Under the pieces are notes generated by a model. It did no database searches. It was not told the origin of the DNA and worked only from the letters and a program-made list of their open reading frames with translations. A stretch of 64,000 nucleotides of DNA, from assembly GCA_963752475.1 (NCBI GenBank), contig CAVVYR010000004.1:1-64000 (forward strand), read 5' to 3'. Below are positions 57,182 to 64,000 of this stretch, in pieces. Every line of letters begins with the position of its first letter. Within the stretch, counting starts at the first letter, position 1. This stretch comes from an uncultured Chloroflexia bacterium (GTDB taxonomy: Bacteria; Chloroflexota; Limnocylindria; Limnocylindrales; CSP1-4). The translations under genes were made by a program, and so were the position numbers.

Positions 57182-58105
57182 ATGAAGGTCGGCATCGTCC
57201 TGCCCCAGGGCTGGATGCGGGAGTACAGCGATCACACCTCCCGCGAGGCCTGGGCCAACAGCGTGGCCATCGCCCAGGCCAGCGAGCGCATGGGCTTCGA
57301 ATCGGTCTGGCTCTACGACCACTTCCACACCTGGCCGGCACCCGAGGATGTCATCGTCTTCGAGCCCTTCGTGGCCCTGTCCGCGCTGGCAGCGCTGACC
57401 GAGCGCGTGCGCATCGGGCACATCGTCATCTGCACCGGCTTCCGCAACCCTGCGCTCACGGCCAAGATGATCTCCACCCTCGACGTGGTCAGCGATGGGC
57501 GCGCGGAGCTGGGTATCGGCGCCGGCTGGAAGCGCGAGGAGTGGGAGGCCTACGGCTACGACTATCCCTCCACACGCGAACGGCTGGCGGTGCTCGGTGA
57601 GCACCTCGAGATCATCACGCGCATGCTCGACAGCACCACCGATGAGCGCGCCACGTACCAGGGGCAGCGGGCGCGGGTGGCCGGCGCGGTCAATCAGCCC
57701 AGGCCGCTGCAACACCCGCGGGTGCCGGTGATGGTCGGCGGCAATGGCCCCGAGGTGACCTGGCGACTGGCGGCACGCTACGCCGATGAACTCAACCTTG
57801 ACGGCCTCGACCCCGAGGCGGTGGCACGAGCCTTGCCGGTCATCCGCGCCCGCTGCGATGAGATCGGCCGCGACCCGGCGACGCTCAAGGTGTCTGTACA
57901 CACGTGGTACGAGGATGCGGGCGTCAGCGAACCGGGCCAGGCTCGGGTGGATCTGTTCGGGGCCTATCGCGAGCTGGGCCTCTCACGGGTGCAGTCCTAC
58001 GTCGATGGGCTGGCCGATGGCACCGACGCTCTCGAGGAATTCGCGGAGGACCTGCGCGCCGCGGGCATCCAGCTGAGGGACGGCGAGCCAGATCCACGGC
58101 GCTGA
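57182..58105 (+). CDS. LLM-class, probably F420-dependent, oxidoreductase
   Basis: GFESVWLYDHF, FRNPALTAK, GIGAGWKREE, VMVGGNG. Confidence 0.88.
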   Translation: MKVGIVLPQGWMREYSDHTSREAWANSVAIAQASERMGFESVWLYDHFHTWPAPEDVIVFEPFVALSALAALTERVRIGHIVICTGFRNPALTAKMISTLDVVSDGRAELGIGAGWKREEWEAYGYDYPSTRERLAVLGEHLEIITRMLDSTTDERATYQGQRARVAGAVNQPRPLQHPRVPVMVGGNGPEVTWRLAARYADELNLDGLDPEAVARALPVIRARCDEIGRDPATLKVSVHTWYEDAGVSEPGQARVDLFGAYRELGLSRVQSYVDGLADGTDALEEFAEDLRAAGIQLRDGEPDPRR

Positions 58106-58436
58106 CTCGGTGGGTAGCGGCGTGGTGCGCGGTGGCGCGATGGCGGGGCGCGCGGTGGTGCTTCCCGTCCGCGTGCGCCTCACGTACACCCGACCGCCAT
58201 CACGTGGAGGGTGAACTCGACAGGAACGTCGGTGAAGTGCCGGCTCTCATGCTGGTGGAGGCTGAGATCGTCAGATCGAGCCTCCTCGAGGCTGAGACCT
58301 GCGAGAACCGCGCCCGAACGGTCGAGTTGACCCATGGTGGGGATGGCGCCGCGCGGTGTGAGATGCGCGAGCGCCAGACCGACGGCGTAGTTCGCCGGTC
58401 GCGTCATGGCGTGGCTCGTCTGGACGCTACCCGCTG

Positions 58437-60302
58437 CTACTCGCCGGTGTCGCGGGCGGCGTGGTCCAGTAGCAGTGCCGCCAGGGCCGCGCCAGGCCAG
58501 GCGAACCAGTGGCGTACGGCTTGGCCCGAGCCCTCCGGGTCGTAGGCCTCGGGCAGCATGCCGTCGGTGAAGGCCGAGCGGACCAGCCGCTCCAGCGCCG
58601 CCTCGCTGCGCTCGTCCTCTTCCATCAGCCCGAACCCGGCCCAGCCCATGATGTCGCCGAGCGTCCACGTGCCCGGTGTGTGGCGCGAGCCGAGCCCACC
58701 CATCGGCCCCTCGACGAAGCCTGGATTCTCACGATCGAAGGCGAAGCGCATCGTGGTCTGCCAATGCTTGTCATCGGGCGGGACGAAGCCCCACAGCGGC
58801 GCGAGGGCGGCGGGCAGGTCGTTGGCGTCCATGTACCGCTCGATGCCACCACGACCATTGACCGAGTAGGCCCACATCTCGCCCAGCGGGCCCTCGATGC
58901 GGAAGTGCGCGAGGAAGGCCTCGCGGATGCGGTCGGCGACCGCGGTCACCTCGGCCGGATCGAGCCCCACCTTGGATGCGAGGCGGGCGAGCTCGGTCGC
59001 GGTGTGCCACAGCAGTACCTGGTCGGACAGCAGGTACGGGTTGGTGGGCACGTCGTCGGCCGGGTTCTCGTCGGTGGCCACCAGGCCCAGGTCCTCGTCG
59101 AGGTTCTGGAGGTTGACCTCCCAGGCATCGCCCACGAGGTCGGACCAGTTCTCCTCCGGCGGCAGCTGCGGAAGCCGCCCAGTGGCTCGGGCGTAGTCGG
59201 CCAGCTCCAGCAGTGGATACATCTGCTGGTCCGACTGCACCGGCCGGTCCTTGGGTCGCCCGTCGGCATGGTGGCTGCGGACCCAGCGGCCGTCGGGCCG
59301 TTCGCAGCGCAGGAAGAGCCAGCGCAGGTGGTCGGCCACGATCTGCTCATCCTCGTTGTGGCCGCCACGCGACCACGTCGAGAGCAGCAGCCGCGCCTGC
59401 CAGTAGGCGTCGCGCGTCCACGAAAGCGGCAGGATGCGATGGTCGGCGAGGATGGCACGCTCGGTGCCGCTGACCTTGAGCGCGGTGCAACCGCGGGTGT
59501 AGATGGCGGCCCGCCGGTTCATCCGCCCCAGCGCCTTCACCAGTCGGGCCGGGACGCGTAGGGGTCGCAGCTCCTCGCGCCCGTCACCCTCGTCCTCGGG
59601 CGGGCGCATCCGCGAGCGATCGGCCCACTCGGGCGGATCCGGCGGCGGGGTGTCGAAGGTGCAGGCGATGTCGATGTGGACCTCTTCGGCCTCGCCCGGC
59701 CAGTCGACCCAGGCCACAGCGGACGGCATCGTCCGCCGCAGGATCTTCCAGCCGATGCGCTGGTCGGCACGCCGTTCGGCCGAGCCACGAGGACCGTCGT
59801 CGCCCTTGCGCAGCCAGGCCTGGACGATGACCGGGCCGCCCTCCCCTTGGACACGGAGCGTGCCCTCGTGTGCTTTCACACGCGACTTGAGCCCGACCTC
59901 GGTGGGCGGGTCGACCTCGGTGATCTCGGCCAGCGCGGGCCAGCCGAGCCGGCCGTTCACGCGGATGCGCACACCCGCGGGCCGGTCCCGGTGGGTGGCG
60001 GAGATGGTGATGCGCTGGACCACGCCACGAGTGCCCCGCGGCGCGTCCTGGCGTGTCGAGACGGTGGCGCGGCCGGCCTCGATGTGCAGGAAGGCGTGCT
60101 CCTCCCGCCGCATCCATGAGCGGTAGCGGCGGGTTGCGACAGCGTCGCCGCGCCACTCGGGCGCGAACAAGGGCAGGCCGTTGAGCTCGACGAAGCCGGC
60201 TTCGGGGTGGACCGTGGACAGGCTCAGCCACTCGCCACCCCGTCCGAATGAGGCGGCGATGAGGCCGTTGCCGATGTCTCGCGGCTTGCGCGGTGCTGTC
60301 AC
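58437..60302 (-). CDS. Glycoside hydrolase family 125-like (alpha/alpha)6 glycosidase
   Basis: LSWTRDAYW, TDENPADD, YMDANDLP, LGSRHTPGTW, GMLPEAYD, HWFAWP; follows sugar ABC genes. Confidence 0.75.
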   Translation of the reverse strand: MTAPRKPRDIGNGLIAASFGRGGEWLSLSTVHPEAGFVELNGLPLFAPEWRGDAVATRRYRSWMRREEHAFLHIEAGRATVSTRQDAPRGTRGVVQRITISATHRDRPAGVRIRVNGRLGWPALAEITEVDPPTEVGLKSRVKAHEGTLRVQGEGGPVIVQAWLRKGDDGPRGSAERRADQRIGWKILRRTMPSAVAWVDWPGEAEEVHIDIACTFDTPPPDPPEWADRSRMRPPEDEGDGREELRPLRVPARLVKALGRMNRRAAIYTRGCTALKVSGTERAILADHRILPLSWTRDAYWQARLLLSTWSRGGHNEDEQIVADHLRWLFLRCERPDGRWVRSHHADGRPKDRPVQSDQQMYPLLELADYARATGRLPQLPPEENWSDLVGDAWEVNLQNLDEDLGLVATDENPADDVPTNPYLLSDQVLLWHTATELARLASKVGLDPAEVTAVADRIREAFLAHFRIEGPLGEMWAYSVNGRGGIERYMDANDLPAALAPLWGFVPPDDKHWQTTMRFAFDRENPGFVEGPMGGLGSRHTPGTWTLGDIMGWAGFGLMEEDERSEAALERLVRSAFTDGMLPEAYDPEGSGQAVRHWFAWPGAALAALLLDHAARDTGE

Positions 60303-60380
60303 ATGCCGATGGTACGTGCTGGTTCCGCATCGGGCCACGGGATGTGGTCACGTCCCCGACGCGGCTACCTGAGATCTCGC

Positions 60381-61283
60381 TCAGCCCTTGACCCCGCCGG
60401 TGGTGAGTCCCTCGGTGAGGAACCGCTCTGCGAGGAAGAAGAGCAGGATGATCGGCAGCGACATGACCACCGACCCTGCCATCAGCACCGTCTTGGGAAC
60501 CTCAGTCGAATCCAGCTGCTGGAGACCGAGCGGCAACGTCCAGAGGGCGGGTTGATCGACCAGGAAGAGCAGGGCGAAGAGGAACTCGTTCCAGGCGATC
60601 ATGAAGACGTACAGCGAGACCGCGGCGATGGCCGGCGCCGCCAAGGGCAAGGTGATGCGTCTGATCACCCCGGTCCGCGATAGGCCGTCGATCATGCCGG
60701 CTTCCTCGAGGGCGACCGGGATCGAGAGGAACTGGCTTCGGAGCATGTACAGAGCGACGGGGATGGTCTGCGCGAGGTACACGATGATCAGGCCGGCGAG
60801 CGTGCTGCGCAGCGCGATGTCTCCCACTGTCAGGCGGCTGAAGAGCACGAACAACGGGATGGCGATGATGATCGCCGGGAAGAGGTAGACGACGAGGACG
60901 GTCCCGGTGACCACGGTCTTGCCTCGGAACTTGAGGCGGACCATGGCGTAGGCGGCGAAGACCGAGGCCGTGACGGTGAAGAAGGTCGCCCCCAGCGTCA
61001 CGATGAGCGAGTTGATGATGAAGCGCCCGAAGCCCTGATCGACGAACACCTGTCGGTAGGTGTCGAGTCCGATGACATCGTCGAGGTCAGGAAGGAAGTT
61101 GGCCGGCTCGCGGAGGAGCTCCGAGATGGGCTTGAAGGACAGGCCGACCATGTAGATGAGCGGGAAGACGGTGATCGCGACGAAGAAGACGATGCTCGCC
61201 CACTTGAGGACGGTGAGGACCTTGGTCTCGGTCTCGTCCCTGGTCCAGCGACGACGGGGCCGGGTGCCCTGCGCACTCGCCAT
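60381..61283 (-). CDS. Carbohydrate ABC transporter permease
   Basis: LEEAGMIDG, FMIAWNEFLFA, EGLTTGGVKG. Confidence 0.93.
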   Translation of the reverse strand: MASAQGTRPRRRWTRDETETKVLTVLKWASIVFFVAITVFPLIYMVGLSFKPISELLREPANFLPDLDDVIGLDTYRQVFVDQGFGRFIINSLIVTLGATFFTVTASVFAAYAMVRLKFRGKTVVTGTVLVVYLFPAIIIAIPLFVLFSRLTVGDIALRSTLAGLIIVYLAQTIPVALYMLRSQFLSIPVALEEAGMIDGLSRTGVIRRITLPLAAPAIAAVSLYVFMIAWNEFLFALLFLVDQPALWTLPLGLQQLDSTEVPKTVLMAGSVVMSLPIILLFFLAERFLTEGLTTGGVKG

Positions 61284-62242
61284 CACTCGGCCTCCTCGTC
61301 TCGATGGAAGAACCGGAAGTAGAACGCCAGGAGGATCAGGAGGATCACCGCGAGGACGATGGCCAACGCCGCCGCAGCGCCGATGTCCGCGCGGCCGCGT
61401 AACCATTCGACGATCTTGATGGTGATCACCTGTGTTCCCGCCGCGCCCCCGTTCAACAGGTAGATGTCATCGAACTTGTTGAAGGTGAAGATGAACCGCA
61501 GCACGAAGAGGATGGAGATAACGCCCCAGAGTTGCGGCAGGGTGATGTATCGGAAGCGCTGGGTGGGAGTCGCTCCGTCGACTCGGGCAGCCTCGTCGTA
61601 CACCTCGGGGATGGACTGGAGCCGGGCAAGGATGAACAGGAAGGCGAAGGGGAAGTACCGCCACCATTCGAAGATGATCACCGTCGTCAAGGCAAGCGGG
61701 ACGGTGAAGTCGAACCCAAGGATGCTGAGCTCGGCCGAACGGGAGTTCAGGAAGTCCGTCCGGGTTCCGCCCGCTGCGACGATCCATTCGTTCACGACAC
61801 CGAAGGTCGGATGGAGCATGAGCCTCCAGACCAGTGCCGCGGCCACGACGGGAACAACGTAGGGGAACAGCATCAGCCCGCGCACCGCCGAGCGGCCGAG
61901 GAAGGCTTTCTTCACGACGAGGGCTGCCCACAAGGCGATGAGCAGCGACCCGGCGGTCCCGAGGAAGGCGTAGAGCAGCGTCGTCCAAACCGTCGGCCAG
62001 AAGTCGCGGACCCCGATGACCTTGCGGAAGTTGTCCAGCGACGCGGTCGAGAAGTCGAGGAAGTCGACCGTGGACAGCTCGATCAGGCGGATGCTGCGGA
62101 AGCTGAGCGAGACGTTCCAGATCAAGGGGAAGATCACGAGGAGCAGGACGATCACGATGGCCGGCAACACCAGGGCGTAGCCCAGCCGAGCCTCTTGGCT
62201 GGCGAGTGTCGCTTGCTTCCTGCGCCGGAATCGCAGCGCCAT
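61283..62242 (-). CDS. Carbohydrate ABC transporter permease
   Basis: LQSIPEVYDEAARVDGA…FRYITLP, FDDIYLLNGG. Confidence 0.93.
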   Translation of the reverse strand: MALRFRRRKQATLASQEARLGYALVLPAIVIVLLLVIFPLIWNVSLSFRSIRLIELSTVDFLDFSTASLDNFRKVIGVRDFWPTVWTTLLYAFLGTAGSLLIALWAALVVKKAFLGRSAVRGLMLFPYVVPVVAAALVWRLMLHPTFGVVNEWIVAAGGTRTDFLNSRSAELSILGFDFTVPLALTTVIIFEWWRYFPFAFLFILARLQSIPEVYDEAARVDGATPTQRFRYITLPQLWGVISILFVLRFIFTFNKFDDIYLLNGGAAGTQVITIKIVEWLRGRADIGAAAALAIVLAVILLILLAFYFRFFHRDEEAE

Positions 62243-62327
62243 CCTGTCTCCCCGTTCTAGCGATCGAGTATCGCGAAGGGCCCTGCCCAGAAACTCGGCC
62301 AGGACCCTTCAGCGAACTCGTTTCGGC

Positions 62328-63713
62328 TTAGCCTCCGATCAGGCTGAGCTCCTCTTCGATGACCGCCGCAGCTTCCGCCACAGCCTCCTCTGGCGTCATC
62401 GCGCCATCGAGGACCTCACCGAGCGCTGCCGGAACCGGCAGCGAGGTGTAGACGGCCGTCACCAGCTCGCCCTGGCCCTGCGGGAAGCCCCAGCGCGCGT
62501 ACGAGTTAGCACCGTCCGCGATCTGGTCGATGATGTCCTCGGAGTAGAACTCCGACAGCGGAGCCTTGCGGTCGACACCCGTCTCGAGCGTCTTCCACTG
62601 GTCGACGAATGCGTTCGGGTCTTCAGGCGTACCACTGCGCATCGGGAACTTGCCCTCGACCGAGGTCGACAGCCACTGGATGTAGGCCGGGTCGGAGAAC
62701 CAGTACTCGAGGAACGCCTGGGCAGCCTCAGTGTCGGAGCCCGCCCCGATGCCCATGTAGCTCACCTGGCCGTACTGGCTGGGCTCGCCACTGGGTCCGG
62801 AGATGGCGGTGACGATGCCGGAGTTCTCGGCCAGGAAGGCCGGGTTGTCGACGCACTCGTCACACGCGGGGAATGCCGCGTCACGCAGGCCGGCCATCTC
62901 GTCGAGGATGAACGGGGACCACGGCACCATGGCCGCCTGCCCCGCGAAGTAGGCCGCACGGGTCGAGACCACGTCCTGGGCGCCGCCAGGGCTGTAGTTC
63001 TTCAACAGGTCCGTGTAGAAGGTCAGTGCCTCGACACACTCGGGGCTGTCGAACGCGACGCCCATGTCGTCGGTGAGCTCGCAGCCGTTGGCGAGGGCGA
63101 AGTGCTCGAACACCTGCTGGGTGAAGACATCGCCCGGGATGTTCGCGCCGGTGATGCCGTACATGTCGTTGTCAGGGTCGGTCAGCGCAGCCGCGGCCGC
63201 CTCGATGGCCTCATAGGTGGTCGGAGCCTCCAGACCGGCGGCATCGAAGAGATCCTTGCGGTAGACGATGAGCTGACCCCAGCCATCACTGGGGACCGCT
63301 GCGACGTTGCCGTCGATGGTCGCGAGACCCAGTGCGGCGTCGGCGAACGTCGACGGATCGAGGGATTCGACGACGGCGTTGGCGGCCTCCGTGTCCAGGA
63401 GTCCCTGGCTGGCCCAACCGACCGTGTAGTCGATGGGGTGGAAGACGACCTCGGGCAGGATCCCTGTCGCCGCGGCGGACAGCATGATCTCGGTGAGGTT
63501 GTTCTCATCCACCGGCACCAGCGTCACGCTGATCCCGGACTGCTCCTCGAACCCTTCGACGATGCCCTGGGTGATCGCCAGCCGTTCGGGCTGGGTCTCA
63601 GTGCTCCAGAACGTGATGTTTCCGCCGTCCTGGGCGGTGACTGCGCCACCGACGAGCGATGCCGTGAGGGCCACGGTCATCCCGACGCCGACTGCGCGCT
63701 TGCCCATCCTCAT
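62328..63713 (-). CDS. Carbohydrate ABC transporter substrate-binding protein
   Basis: Signal peptide, ITFWSTE, AVPSDGWGQLIVYRKDLF. Confidence 0.92.
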   Translation of the reverse strand: MRMGKRAVGVGMTVALTASLVGGAVTAQDGGNITFWSTETQPERLAITQGIVEGFEEQSGISVTLVPVDENNLTEIMLSAAATGILPEVVFHPIDYTVGWASQGLLDTEAANAVVESLDPSTFADAALGLATIDGNVAAVPSDGWGQLIVYRKDLFDAAGLEAPTTYEAIEAAAAALTDPDNDMYGITGANIPGDVFTQQVFEHFALANGCELTDDMGVAFDSPECVEALTFYTDLLKNYSPGGAQDVVSTRAAYFAGQAAMVPWSPFILDEMAGLRDAAFPACDECVDNPAFLAENSGIVTAISGPSGEPSQYGQVSYMGIGAGSDTEAAQAFLEYWFSDPAYIQWLSTSVEGKFPMRSGTPEDPNAFVDQWKTLETGVDRKAPLSEFYSEDIIDQIADGANSYARWGFPQGQGELVTAVYTSLPVPAALGEVLDGAMTPEEAVAEAAAVIEEELSLIGG

Positions 63714-64000
63714 CAGGGTTTGCTCCTTTCGCTGCTATGCGAGGAGCACGCGAACCTCGGACTCATCTCGCGCGTCTCCCAACCCGCGCGGCCTGAGCCT
63801 GTCGCCCACGCCTCCTCCAAAGCCAATCCCGGCGAGTGCCGGGGTCACTGGGCGCGGCCATGGTACGCCCACCTGCCGCCTACATCAAAGCGAATCCGCA
63901 GACCCTCGGTCGCTGTTGGACTGGAGAGAGTGGATGGTTGTCTCGGGCGCCGTCCCTTTCGCCTCGTCGCGTGGGCCACCGAGCGGCAGCAGCCTTGGGC

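Noticed and set aside
58180-58408. Small ORF (MTRPANYAVG…) after the GH125-like gene
   Set aside because: No motif and weak coding signal; cannot be supported

Overview
High-GC bacterial chromosomal window. The gene style (ECF sigma/anti-sigma pair, b6-type split Rieske/cytb complex, LLM oxidoreductases, many secreted P/T-linker proteins) suggests Chloroflexota, probably Limnocylindria; this is an inference. It holds about 55 CDS, one tRNA-Lys(UUU) and a TPP riboswitch. Two energy-metabolism loci stand out. (1) 19338-26450: an operon in which an NfnB/GltD/DsrL-like NAD(P)H flavo-iron-sulfur protein leads cytochrome b6, subunit IV, Rieske, a cytochrome c fused to two type-1 copper domains, and a Kelch-repeat membrane protein. 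(2) 44828-52717: a dsrE-tusA-mvhD-hdrA-hdrA-wHTH-qmoC-like operon with no apr/dsr genes in the window, a divergent hemerythrin and PadR, next to pntAB. Next to tRNA-Lys is a decayed island: a truncated hsdM and an IS256-like remnant whose centre is an ~800 bp near-pure purine tract, probably a sequencing artefact. Non-coding structure includes a dispersed GTCG-N7-CGAC repeat family with ~51 bp period, two tandem repeats around padR, several AT-rich palindromes and a candidate ~40 nt sRNA. Several genes carry indels, so consensus errors are likely. All product calls come from motif recognition, not database searches.
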